In this document: positions 12,443-44,208 of the stretch, in pieces
Numbering within the stretch: position 1 is the stretch's first letter
Layout of the letters: every line of letters starts with the position of its first letter
Source: Tubiluchus corallicola
Taxonomy: Eukaryota > Animalia > Priapulida
Reading direction: 5' to 3'
DNA length: 64,000 bases
Assembly (NCBI GenBank): GCA_030141605.1
Contig: JAQGDQ010000657.1
Span: 53,506 to 117,505, forward strand
Program-made: the position numbers and the translations under genes
The notes under the pieces: generated by a model
The model's input: the letters and a program-made list of their open reading frames with translations, nothing else
The model's database searches: none
What the model was told of the DNA's origin: nothing

Positions 12443-13035
12443 AGCTAAATTGGACCAAATGTTAAACTGTATGTCAAAATAATCTATTCTTTAATGTATT
12501 GAAAGGAAACATTCCTATTTTATTCAAAAATGACTCACGACAGAATTATTACCACACAAGCAGAATTTCGCGTTCACGCCACTAGTTCTTCTCTGTTAGA
12601 CGGGTACTAGCGCCTGCATTTCGGAAACGCACTGCACAAAACAGGTGCTGTACCTTTCAGTTCAGATGTGTTAGTTCGTGACGAACTGCACACGTTCGAC
12701 AGCTCATACGTGAGAACAGCGGTAAATTTAAAATTTGAATTTTTATCTTAAAACTTGCCTAGTTTTAGTACAACACACTGAATACCTTACAGTAGCATAG
12801 AACTTCAATTTTCGCTTTCACAAAGACGCGCAACACGCTCGTAGAATATTTTTGCTGTTGAAAATTATGTTTGTTTCTGATGTCATGAATAGTTAGGCTT
12901 GCCCGCCCTTAATTAAGTTTTTAATCTATTATTTAATTATCGGAAACGCTTTTTCCAGTATTAATTCTATTAAAACGTATACTTTCTATCGGACTTGAAA
13001 ATGGGGTAGCATATGAAAAATCTTCCTGTGTTCCT
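12443..13035 (+). mobile_element. Kolobok-like non-autonomous element copy
   Basis: TTAA|agctaaattggaccaaat ... cttcctgtgttcct|ttga; body homologous to the other copies. Confidence 0.75.
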
Positions 13036-13257
13036 TTGAACTTCTAGTGCCTTCCACGTAACAAAATCTTGGTATGGCGTAGCTTATCAACTCTTCACAT
13101 TTCACAGCAAAATAAGAACAGATAAAGAAGAATGACTCACAAACGTTCCAGGCACCATTTCATTCTACAATTACAATGCCGTCTGCTGCTGAAAAAGATG
13201 CGATTCTGAGATGAACAAAGATAAGAAATAGAAAATGTTTAGTTAGGGCTATAATCC

Positions 13258-14062
13258 CAGTGGCGTAGCAAGTGCTTGTGGTGCCAGGGAGCAAAAAAAC
13301 TTCTGGCGTGCGCCCTATCATTTTAATGTTTTGATCATCCGTTTCGTGGGCAAAAGCACAAATTGGGCGCGTTTTTGCCTCCCCGAGCCCAACTTTCCTC
13401 TTTCGACATGACGGAAGAATGATAAACAAATTTTTTGATTGATTATGTAATCAGCAGATTAAACAATTACTTGTGGTATATTAGAACACTGTTAACCTGA
13501 TTTCTACGTTTTTGTTATTAATTACACCTATTTGTATAGCTTATATTCAAGCAAGTTGCACGAATACCTGTGTAATACCTAGAGTTTAACCCTGAGTTTC
13601 ACCCTGAGTTTGATCTGTAGTACTGCAGCAGAGTAACTCTTTTCTATGCATTAGTTACTCGTAACACGACAGTCCTTAAACATTCATCTCCAGCATTAAA
13701 ACAAGCAAAGATTGTGTAAGATACAGAACACTACAGGTTTTCGTAATAATACATTCAGCATTCAGAGAAACGCCACAGTTTCTACCAAAATTATTGATCA
13801 GCTAAGAAGCACGACACCCTACACACGCCGTGAAGTAACAACATTAACCTTTTTTCTAAGCTGTATGTAGTGATCAATTCAGCTACGATGATCTATGACT
13901 AGGCAATTTTATTGTAGTTTGATAACTTTTGTTAATTGTTTTGTTAATGCTGGATTAGTAATTAATAATTAACAGTAATTGAACTCTAGAAGAATTTTGC
14001 CCCCTCTCACCCTTGCGCCCGGGGGTGATTTCCCCTGCAACTCCCATCTGGCTACGCCTCTA
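13258..14062. mobile_element. hAT-like non-autonomous element
   Basis: Ends cagtggcgtagc / gctacgcctcta; degenerate 8-bp TSD tataatcc / aatgatcc; internal segment shared with the 14324 family. Confidence 0.5.
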
Positions 14063-14323
14063 AATGATCCTGTAGACTTAACAAATGACGCAGCACTTCC
14101 TTAAGCTCATTTTCATATTTGGTTTTGCTGTTTTGGATGACATCTCAATTTAACAACAACAAGATCTAGGCTATATACCCCGTCATATTTTTTAACGTTA
14201 CAATGTTAAACCAGCCACTACTGTAGTGCTGTCAAACCATCAGGTTTGCGAAACGTTCTATTGTTAACCAGAACGTATGGAAAATTGCAAATATACAGCT
14301 CGTCTATTTTTAAGTAAGAAATG

Positions 14324-14710
14324 CAGGGGCGCATTAACACTTAGGTTAACTAGGCTATAGTCTAGGACGCCAAACTTCGAGGGGCGTCAAATTTTAGAAA
14401 AAATTCTTATTCTCCTCGGAAAATGTGTATACTTTTTATATTCATGTAAAGGGCAGATTTATAACACACCACAGGCAGTTACTGACCTCATGAAGTGCAA
14501 CATGAAGAACAGGTGCAAGGTATTACACACGCATTAGTGCAACTTGCTTGATAATAAGCTATACAAATGCGTATAATTAATAACAACAACGTAGAAATCA
14601 GGTTAACAGTGTTTCTAACACACCACAAGTAATTGTTTAATCTGCTGATCACATAATCAATCATAAATTCACAATAGCCTAAGGTGTCGTAAAGTCTTGG
14701 TACGCCCCTG
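14324..14710. mobile_element. hAT-like MITE
   Basis: TIR CAGGGGCG / CGCCCCTG with 8-bp TSD aagaaatg / aataaatg; second partial copy at ~55569-55875. Confidence 0.7.
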
Positions 14711-14789
14711 AATAAATGATGCTTTAATTGCTGTCCCGTGGCTCAATACATACTGACGCTACCAGTAATATTCTGGAGTCAACTTTTTC

Positions 14790-14952
14790 AAAACATGTTG
14801 AACCGGCAGCTGAGCTGGCAGAGCAGGGGCATTTCTAATCACCGGTCTCTGGATCAAGTCCCGAATGGGTCACAGTTTTTTGCTGTCTCTTTTCTTTCTT
14901 CAATTCATTACTCCCAATGGTTTATGAACGTTCTGGCATTCACAGTCATAAT
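14790..14952 (+). mobile_element. Related tRNA-derived element (single arm)
   Basis: catgttgaaccggcagctgagctggcagagc..ggatcaagtcc..ctggcattcacagtcata aligns to the 44876 element core and terminus. Confidence 0.6.
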
Positions 14953-14954
14953 AT

Positions 14955-15339
14955 AATGAGCCTTTTCACAGTTCCAGCGATTGATGATGATCGTCAAAGG
15001 GTCAAAGGTTAAGTGAACCAGAAAACGTGTTGTGCACACTTGACAATGCCTCGCAGCTCATGCTATTGCACTAGTAACAGCTAGCTAGAACCTTACCTAG
15101 TTCATTTTTTCTTTTTCCTAAGCAAGATCCTACTAGTAAATTACTCTACGCACAGATTAATGCATAATTAAGTAAACTCCACGTATAACAACTGAAGGTA
15201 CTGAACTGATGCGGCAGATTACTTTGCTTTAGCCACATGTCACGTGACGGTTGTAGTTAAGGCGCGTTGCTGTGGTACATTTAACCTTTGACCTACAGCA
15301 ACTGCGCGTGCGCACAAGAAAACTATGAAAAAGCTTGTT
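14955..15339 (+). mobile_element. MITE family 2 copy
   Basis: gagccttttcacagttccagcgattgatgatgatcg ... aactatgaaaagcttgtt. Confidence 0.75.
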
Positions 15340-15986
15340 AAGAATTAATGAGCATAGAAGTGTGTAGTGACGTGTGTGCACATATAAAAGTAACATTGAC
15401 ATTAATAAGAGAATGATAATCATTCAAATTCAAGAAACAATGAGACTCGTGAGCTTCAATTTTGATTTATTAAATTTTACTATTTTTAAACACAATTTTA
15501 CCTGAAGGTTTGTACTAAATATATATAATTATTATTACAATAAACAATACAAAATTTCATTTGTAGATAATATTCACACAATCTACATCATAATGTCTAT
15601 ACTATCTTTTGTCATAATACTTTTTAATCTATCTATATCATCTTTTTTGTTTATTTGCGAAGAAAAAAACGCTTTTTACGGCAAGGTTTTTTAACTGTCA
15701 AGATAAAACAGATGCAGTTACATGAATATAAAGTTTAATTCCACGCACGTATTTTATCAAGTATCAGTTTAACGTAGGTTTACGTTGTTGTTTTAAGAAA
15801 CAAGACACAGAATTACTAAAATTTACAACAAATTATTTTAGTAATTATAATAAACAAGAATGCATATAAAACTCGTAAACAAATGCCACAGTAGTTAATA
15901 CAGGAATGAAAGGCATAAACAACTTGATAGTATGAAAAAAGGTAATGTTGTCAGAACGCGTTAGAAAACGAAATTGGCGACTATTA

Positions 15987-16441
15987 GGACTTGTTCAGAC
16001 TGGAGAGCAAAATTGGCTGTGAGTTACTCTGCAACAGTAAACAGAAGTTGACACTCACATCTCTAACTGCTGCAAGAAGTGCCGAGAGTAACTCGCCGAG
16101 GTGTTCACACTATAGAGTAAATCAATTCATGCAGTAACTGTCGGAGAGTTTGCAATAACCTACCGACAGTAACTCGCAGACTGTTCAGACTGGAGAGCAA
16201 AACTGGCTGTGAGTTACCCTGCAACAGTAAACAGGAGCTGACACTCGCTTCTCTATTCATTGTGAGAAGCGTCGAGAGTAACTCGCCGATGTATTCACAC
16301 TATAGAGTAAATCATCTCATGCAGTAACTGTCGGAGAGTTTGCAGTAACTTGCCGACAGTAACTCTCAAAGCAGTTCACACTTGTGAGTTTGTTATCAGA
16401 GATAAAACTCGCGATGGAAACCTCTCTAGTCTGAAAGGGCC
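15987..16441. mobile_element. PIF/Harbinger (Tourist-like) MITE with an internal ~190-bp duplication
   Basis: TTA target duplication (15984-15986 / 16442-16444); TIR ggacttgttcagactggagag / ctctctagtctgaaagggcc. Confidence 0.65.
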
Positions 16442-16547
16442 TTAACACAGATAACTACGTCGACTCTAATTAAAACAGACGAAGGCCCTTGTAAGTTTAG
16501 TAGGCCTTAAATTACTGATTCGTGAATCGTGCATATTTTGTTATGGA

Positions 16548-17606
16548 CGCACATTTACGTGTAAAACTTAGTACAAAACGTTTGCAATAATTACACACAT
16601 TTACGTGTAAAACTTAGTACAAAACGTTTGCAATGATTACACACATTTACGTGTAAAACTTAGTACAAAACGTTCCCAATAATTACACACATTTACGTGT
16701 CAAATTTAGTACAAAACGTTTGCAATAATTACACACATTTACGTGTAAAACTTAGTACAAAACGTTTGCAATAATTACAAACATTTACGTGTAAAACTTA
16801 GTACAAAACGTTTGCATTAATTACACACATTTACGTGTAAAACTTAATACAAAACGTTCCCAACAATTACGCACATTTACGTGTGAAACTTAGTACAAAA
16901 CGTTCCAATAATTACACACATTTACGTGTAAAACTTAGTGCAAAACGTTCCCAACAATTACGCACATGTACGTGTGAAACTTAGTACAAAACGTTCCAAT
17001 AATTACACACATTTACGTGTAAAACTTAGTACAAAACGTTCCCAATAATTACACACATTTACGTGTAAAACTTAGTACAAAACGTTCCAATAATTACACA
17101 CATTTACGTGTGAAACTTAGTGCAAAACGTTCCCAACAATTACGCACATGTACGTGTGAAACTTAGTACAAAACGTTCCAATAATTACACACATTTACGT
17201 GTAAAACTTAGTACAAAACGTTCCCAACAATTACGCACATTTACGTGTGAAACTTAGTACAAAACGTTCCAATAATTACACACATTTACGTGTAAAACTT
17301 AGTGCAAAACGTTCCCAACAATTACGCACATGTACGTGTGAAACTTAGTACAAAACGTTCCAATAATTACGCACATTTACGTGTGAAACTTAGTACAAAA
17401 CGTTCCCAATAATTACACACATTTACGTGTAAAACTTAGTGCAAAACGTTCCCAACAATTACGCACATGTACGTGTGAAACTTAGTACAAAACGTTCCAA
17501 TAATTACACACATTTACGTGTAAAACTTAGTGCAAAACGTTCCCAACAATTACGCACATTTACGTGTAAAACTTAGTACAAAACGTTCCAATAATTACGC
17601 ACATTT
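16548..17606. repeat. 45-46-bp minisatellite, ~23 copies
   Basis: Unit acatttacgtgtaaaacttagtacaaaacgtt(tgc/cc)aataattacac. Confidence 0.95.
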
Positions 17607-17681
17607 TAGTTGATATCATGAAATACAAAACTGTTATTTAATATTAGTAGAACTTATTCGGTCATCGCACATTATAAGTCT

Positions 17682-17911
17682 AAAGCCACGACTCCATGTG
17701 CGCGTAATGCGTGATCCGTAATGCGTAATCGTGATGCGCATTCAGACGACAGCCATCACGTTCGAGTGAATGCGTATCACGCATCACTCACTACGGATTA
17801 CGCATTACGTACGCACGGAAACACTTCCACGTGTTTCAGTATAAGATGTTGTATACGCATCATGCATTACGGATCACGCATTGCGCATTACGCGCACATG
17901 GAGTAGTACTT
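17682..17911. mobile_element. Palindromic MITE
   Basis: Long TIR actccatgtgcgcgtaatgcg / cgcattacgcgcacatggagt, with internal taatgcg/cgcatta subrepeats. Confidence 0.65.
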
Positions 17912-18489
17912 TCATTTAAACAATCTAAAGCAAAAAAAATTACATTTACTTTAACAAAAGATTCTGCTAAGAATTTGTAAATCTTTGACTTAATTAAATA
18001 ATTTTGTAATGTGTATACCCAGACAAGCCACGTACTGAAATTGTAGTACAAATCGTGATCTATATCGTGCTGTTACTATAAACAATAATAATAAACAAAA
18101 TAATGTAACAATAACAATACAAAACTACAACCACTTTGTTTATTAATGACGTCATAAACTATTTAAAAACTATTTAAAAGACTCAACGGTAAAACCAACA
18201 AGATTTGAAACTTTACACGAGTGCAATTAAAAGCATATGATGTGCAAGCCATAATAAAAAAAAATTCGACTAACCCACTAACACACACAGACTATAAAGT
18301 TAATTGTCACCAAACGATGAATAACTTATACATGAATTCCAAACATTAATTTTTGTTTAAATGATTTTTCGTTGTAGAAGCAGTTTACTGTAGATTATAC
18401 GCATCAGAAAGCCTTTTATGCCTTTATTATTAATCGCTGTCGTCATCATGATTAGGCAACAACGTCATCGCCGTTGCTATGATTACTGT

Positions 18490-36809
<18,320 letters not shown>

Positions 36810-37654
36810 CTTGATGACAAAGAGATGGTCTGAAGACGACACGAAGGTAAAGGTGCGAGGTTTAGCCGGGTAGCTGCTGTGCTGCGCTGGCGAAAGCTAG
36901 ACGACGATTCTTTCTGCTTTTGGAAAGTTCGGATCCTCGATACGATTGGACGCCCAAGGCAACGTCTATGTTAACTACGTGAATACCGGTTCCACGTGGG
37001 ATTTAAACTTTGTTGAATTATAGTTGCTATTCAGCGACGCCGGCCGGTGTTAAAGACGCGAAAAACTCGTTTCAAACGCCGAGTTACAATTCACTAAAGG
37101 CGAAATTAAAAATTTCATACAGTGTGTATGATTAATTTATTTGCAACAGATTATACGACAAATCTAGTAAAATTATTTGACTGTTTTAACTAACTAACAA
37201 ATGTATTCGGTCTGTCGATGACGTCACACATTCGTATCAACTGACGAATCCGTAATTTTCGTAAAAGAAACGCCTAATAATATAGAAACACCCTTTCGGG
37301 CTTTGCTTTGGCTAATGGTTATGAATGCATGAATCAGTTTTTAATGCAACTGACACACCTGGTGATTATTTGAAGTAATCTGCTTACCAAGAAATAAAAG
37401 TCCGTTTTATTCAATTTAATTTATTTATCATTTATTTTACTTTTTATTTCCACTCATAAACATAATGTTAAGCCATAAAAATTACTAAAAACCTATTTAT
37501 AAAAACACGAACTTACAATATTCAGAAAAAAGTAGGAAGAGAATTTACTTGAAATATTTACAAAAATGACATACATTAAAACATGGAGCGTTTTGGAGCA
37601 TATAAAACATCAGTATTGTAAGTTACATGTTTTAATAAACCATTACAAGAGTTT

Positions 37655-38400
37655 AAAACATGACATCTAAGATTATAGTTATGTACATTTACATTTACGC
37701 AAAACGACTTTTAAACACGACATCTAAGATTATAGTTATGTACATTTACATTTACGCAAAACGACTTTTAAACACGACATCTAAGATTATGATTATCTAC
37801 ATTTACATTTACGCAAAACGACTTTTAAACACGACATCTAAGATTATAATATTGTACATTCACATTTACGCAAAACGACTTTTAAACACGACATCTAAGA
37901 TTATAGTTATGTACATTTACATTTGCACAAAACGACTTTTAAACACGACATCTAGGATCATAATTTTGTACATTTACATTTACACAAAACGACTTTTAAA
38001 CACGACATCTAGGATTATAATTTTGTACATTTACATTTACGCAAAACGACTTTAAAACATGACATCTAAGATCATAATTTTGTACATTTACATTTACACA
38101 AAACGACTTTTAAACACGACATCTATGATTATAATTTTGTACATTTACATTTACGCAAAACGACTTTAAAACATGACATCTAAGATTATAATTTTGTACA
38201 TTTACATTTACGCAAAACTACTTTAAAACACGACATCTATGATTATAATTTTGTACATTTACATTTACGCAAAAGGACTTTAAAATATGACATCTAAGAT
38301 TATAATTTTGTACATTTACATTTGCGCAAAATGACTTTCAAACATGACATCTAAGATTATAATTTTGTACATTTACATTTACGCAAAACAACTTTAAAAT
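37655..38400. repeat. 57-bp minisatellite, ~13 copies, upstream of the IF gene
   Basis: Unit acacgacatctaagattataattttgtacatttacatttacgcaaaacgacttttaa. Confidence 0.95.
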
Positions 38401-38629
38401 GATTGATGTCATTTTCTATACAGATTGTAGAAGCTCGAGTGCCATATCTACATTTGAAGAATTTTACAGTAGCTGTGTCGTAATTAGACATTAACTTATT
38501 GAAGTTGCGATTTTTCAATTATTTCTCATGCTGCGTTTTAAAGTGTTTATCCCTGCGAAGCGTATAGATTCTTATTGTTGAAAAATTGTTGGAAAGCCTG
38601 AGTTGTGCATTTTAGATATTTGAATCGCT

Positions 38630-39004
<375 letters not shown>

Positions 39005-39845
39005 GTCGTTCGTCGTATTATAGAATAAATCTAAAATAAAATATTAGATTTCATAATAGTTAATATATTCACAATTTACTAATAGAAAATTCTAAATAAA
39101 AAAATTAAAAACCTGGTCTGAGATACATAGACAAACGTAATGCAGCTACAGAATGTTTTGAAGAAGAACATTTAAATGGTAATAATTGAAGTTGGTAGCC
39201 TCCGTACGTTTTTGTAATTTAAACCTTTCTAAGCGCATTACTTCTTTTAGCTTTCCTGATATTTTGTCAAAATTTTATAAGAACCTATAGGAAGCAATAA
39301 ACAATTAACGACACAAAAAGGTTTTCTAATTTTTGAACGAAAAGTTTGATAATCACGATGTTTGGCGACTATAAAAGTAAGGAAAATATAAAAACTGTCA
39401 CTTGCAACGACTGATTAAAGAGTTTTTTAGCAGAAAATGGCGAACTTCTACTTGTACAGAAGCACGTCTTGCCGTAAAAGTTTTCTAACTCTACTTGGAT
39501 AAACTGTTTGGGTTGCATAAAATCTTTGAAATCATAGATTTATAATTCAATGCTCAGTGGGTGGTACGTCAGAGCTTAAGCTTTTGAATACCCCACTTAA
39601 GAACAAGAATTTCCACGCCGCTTACAACCAAGAATGAAAAGACGAAATCACAATACTGGGCCGCCTACCGTGAATGAATTAAACTTCAGAATTTTCACAG
39701 ATTAAAATCCAGATAAAATCCTGCCGATGCTTGTTAAATCAGCTAATTCGACCATTACGCGTGGAAAATATAACTAAACTTCTTCGTTGTTGTCCGTTCG
39801 TTTTTCTTGTGTTAGTCCAGATAAAATTCCATTTTCTTATTTTAA

Positions 39846-40566
39846 AAGAAGACAGGATGATTTTTCATGTACTACTCCATTTTCAAATCCGATAAAAGTA
39901 TACATTTTAACACAATTTATACTGCAAAGGCATTTCTGAGAATTAAATTATAGATTAAAATCTTAATTAATGGCGGGCGAGCGCAACTATTGATGGCCTC
40001 ACAAACTAACATAATTTTCAACAACAAAAATATTCCACGAGCGTGTTGCACGTATTTGCGAAATTGAAAATTGAAGTACCGACGCTACTGTAAGATATTC
40101 AGTGTGTTGTACCAAAACTAAGCAAGTTTTGAGATAAAAATTCAAATTTCAAATTTTAAGATAAAAATTCATATTTCAAATTTTAAGATAAAAATTCATA
40201 TTTCAAATTTTAAGATAAAAATTCATATTTCAAATTATAAGATAAAAATTCAAATTTCAAATTTACCACTGTGCTCACACACGTGAGCTGTCGAACGAGT
40301 GTAGTTCGTCACAAACTAACACATCTTAACTGAGAGGTACAGCACCTGTTTTTGTGTAATGCGTTTCCGAAATGCAGGCGCTGGTGTCCGTCTAACTAGT
40401 GAATGACGAAATGCATGTAACAGTGAAGAATTAGTGGCGCGACCGTGAAATTGTGTTTGTGTGGTAATAATTCTTTCACGTAAGTCATTTTTGAAAAAAA
40501 ATAGGAAACTTTTCTTTCAATACGTTAAAGAGTAAATTATTATACACTTTAAGATTGGGTTTTACT
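39846..40566 (-). mobile_element. Kolobok-like element copy with an internal 27-bp tandem expansion (~40130-40265)
   Basis: TTAA flanks at 39842-39845 and 40567-40570; family body. Confidence 0.78.
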
Positions 40567-41599
40567 TTAAGTTTTGTACTGCAGTAGGCCATAGAGGATC
40601 TGAGTAATTTTTATAACAAGTTGAAAATAAAAAATATCTTAGATGACATGTAAGCCGTTATATCAAATACTAACTGCAGCCAGGTTAATTAATGCAGTTA
40701 CAATAAAATATGTTTAAATTAAACGCAATTTAAAAATAATAAATCATAACTATTTTGACATTTCTTAACGCAAACTAGGACTGTGAATCTTTATTAAACG
40801 TAATGAGTATTTTACCTAACTACTTAGATAAAATATTGCAAAAAAGAAACAAAGGCAAGTTTATGAATGAATGGTTGAATGAATGAATGAATGAATGACG
40901 GAAGACAGTAAGAAAAGAAGAAACGAAAAAGGAAAAAACTAAGGAGTGGACCGGGAAATCAAATAAATTTAAAAAATTAATTAAATTAAGAAACAAAGTT
41001 TTATCCAATTGCATGAAGATACAAATTATTCCACAATTAATTTAGCTTTCATACCAAAGTTAAGTTATAAGACAAGAAAATGTGAAACAGCTGTATATTA
41101 CAAACCAGGGAATTTCTATTTACAAGGCGGACCCTGTAACCACTAATCCACCGAATTCCATAATGATCAAGGCATTCCAAAGTTTGTCCCTTACTGCTTA
41201 CCCACCTAATTCAACATTTCCAATTTTAGATCACTCATAATTTAGTAATTACGACTAATCAGATTAATTTTTTGTATTTTGATAATTTTGACTAATATTT
41301 TAAGCAGTTGCATCTTTACAAACTAAAACTAATCTTATCATGGTATAACGGCCTATCTTTATATATTAACGAAGAACCCTGGGCTCCGTCGTAACGGGCT
41401 GCAGGCCCTAATTGCTCATAATTGTAGTGTTTTAAAAACAACAATTTCTTATTAACAATAAAAGCAGTATAGCACTAAATGGCTATTGGTTATTGATAGT
41501 GAATCTAAAACTGATTGTACAAAACTGAATCTACACTTTTTAAGTTTTTGCATAACATGTTTCTGTCAAAAAGTCTATGCCAAACGAAAAATAATCTAT

Positions 41600-42000
41600 A
41601 ACAAGCCTTTTCACAGTTCTGTTGTGCGCACGCGCAGTTGCTGCAGCTCACGGGTTAAGTGCAGCACAGTGACGTGTTATAACTACAACTGTCACGTGAC
41701 ATGTGTGTAAAGCAAAGCCAATTACCACATCAGTTCAGTAACTTCATTAGTTTCACGTGGACTTTACTTAATTATGCATTAGTCTGTGCACAGAGTGATT
41801 TACTAGCAGGATCTTGCTTGGGAACAAGAAAAAAGAAAAATTGAACTAGATAAGGTTCTAGTTAGCTGTTAAAACTGTTACTATTACTACAGAGTGAGCT
41901 GCGAGGCGTTGTCAAGTGCATACAAATGCGTTGTCTGGTACAGTTAACCTTTGACCTTTTCACGATCATCATCAATCGCTGGAACTGTCAAAGGCTCATT
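41600..42000 (-). mobile_element. MITE family 2 copy (inverted)
   Basis: aagccttttcacagtt ... cgatcatcatcaatcgctggaactgtcaaaggctcatt. Confidence 0.75.
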
Positions 42001-43519
42001 TAAATAACAACTACAAGAACTAGGCTGTCCTCACGCCATGTTTTTTAACGTTGCGACGTTAAACCACTCACTCCCGTTGTGTTAACCAGTCTCATTGTGA
42101 GCATGCAATTTCGATAAAGTTAATACTATTTTGTGATTAGTTAATGGATAATATAAGTTTATTGTTAATTATGCCAAGAATTCAAGTGTTAGACGAACTT
42201 AGCTCTACCTAGCCAGTTTTACTCGTTTTTATCAACATCTTATGGTGAAAATTCGTTGTGGAAAACAATATTTTGTCGCCATCTGTTGACGAGAATTGGT
42301 TTTAATTTCATGCGCAATCATTGACACGTGAACTATTACTGATTAGCCTCGCTAGAGGACGCCAGGTTTGCGACTGCTTTCCTCGGAGAGTGGATATCTT
42401 TTCGCCGCACGCAGAACGCTTTGAAAATGAACACAACCCAGGACCGGATCTATCTATCACTAGACAAACCAGACTGTTGACTGGGACGCCAAATTTTGGG
42501 TGGCGCTACATTCTGGAAGTATTCGTTAATTTGTATTTTTAGTATGAGTAATAGTACTTTCCACTTCTGCTTTATCTTGTTTCCTACGATTGTATTACTT
42601 CTTACACAGACATTTACAGACGCGTTACCCTGCTTTTGCCAGCAATTGTAAGTAGTTGTAAAATGTAAAAAATCCAACAACTACATTTATTTAACTATGA
42701 CAGATAAAACTTATAAGATTCGAAGTGTTCAGGACGGAATGCAGGAAACGAAATGTAAAAAAGCTTTGATATCATACAGAATACAATGGGGTCATAAAAT
42801 CAAGTTCAACCAGCACAAGCTGTAGATTACACTGAATATATCATAAATTCATTTTTTTTATTTACACTTTTGTGCCAGCACACTTCAGAAAAATTCAATA
42901 CACATCACTGACTTTGCATAAACAATTTTTACATAAAAAAGACACAAATATTAGTTTTTCATGTGGCAGTTCAATTCCTTAATACTATTTACATAAAAAC
43001 TGCTTCACCAGATGGCTCCACAAGTCCACTTCATTATGAAAAATATAAAATGTATATGAAAATCGTGTATAATATATAATAAAAATAGATTGTAAGTTGT
43101 ATAATATCACAAAATGCAATTTTACACAAGTAAATTCTTTAAAAAAATCAGTCCATTTACACTCTTTAAACTACATTAGCTACAGCCACTGAACTAGAAA
43201 TCTAATTTCGAAACCTATAAAACAATTACATTGTAAAAATACTATTTACATTGACTATAGTGTAAAGCCTTCAGTTCTTATTCACTTTTCCAATTCTAAT
43301 TTGGAATGGAAACTAGAAATGAGCTCTTCTGCCTCATGTAAAGAGAATACCATGGTATAAATAGACCCAGGTTTTAGTACTGATGCAAACAGCTATAGAC
43401 ACAGCTGCTACTTTAATACAATAACATTGATTATCATTCAATATGAGCACGTTGTGCAGTCAAGCTGTTTCTTCAATATGCCATATCATCCAATTGATAT
43501 TTTTAAACTGCTCCTTTAA

Positions 43520-43991
43520 AGGAAGACAGGATGATTTTTTAACATACCATTTTCATGTCCGATAAAAAGTATACATTTTCATACAATTAATACTGCAAAA
43601 GTGTTTCCGGTAATTAAATAACAGATTAAAATCTTAATTAAAGGCGGGCGAGCCCAACTATTGCTGACATTACAAACTAACGTAATTTTCGTAACTAACG
43701 ATAAAAATTCAAAATTAAAATTTACCACTGTGCTCACACAAGAGCTGTCGAATATGTGTAGTTCATCAAAAACTAACACAACTGAACTGTTTGTTACAGC
43801 ACCTGTTTTTTGTGCAATGCTTTCCGAAATGCATGTAAAAGCGAAGAACTAGTGGCGTGAACGAGAAATCGTGTTTGTGTGGTAATAATTCATTCTTGTA
43901 AGTCATTTTTGAAAAAATAGTGTGATTCATTTCAATATTTTAAAGTGCAGATTGTTTTGATCTACAGTTTAAGATTGGGTCTGGTTTTCCT
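43520..43991 (-). mobile_element. Kolobok-like element copy (internally deleted), in the probable Hey 3' UTR
   Basis: TTAA flanks at 43516-43519 and 43992-43995; family ends. Confidence 0.78.
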
Positions 43992-44208
43992 TTAACATAC
44001 TAAATTTGTCGTTTGGCATAGTAAGTTGTAGATCTGTCTAAGGAATGACATTGTACATGGTTATCATGCTTCATGCTTCCACAACAAACTATGATATTAA
44101 TTATAATGGTTTTAAATATGGCATCATAAATAAATCATAAATACTGACAAAATTTTTTGGTGTCTTTGATGTTTCAGAGCCTCACTGCATCACTGTACTG
44201 ACTTGATA

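Noticed and set aside
41355-41412. Helitron-like mini remnant (TC..tatatatt start, GC hairpin, CTA end)
   Set aside because: Too short and degenerate, and there is no second copy in the window.
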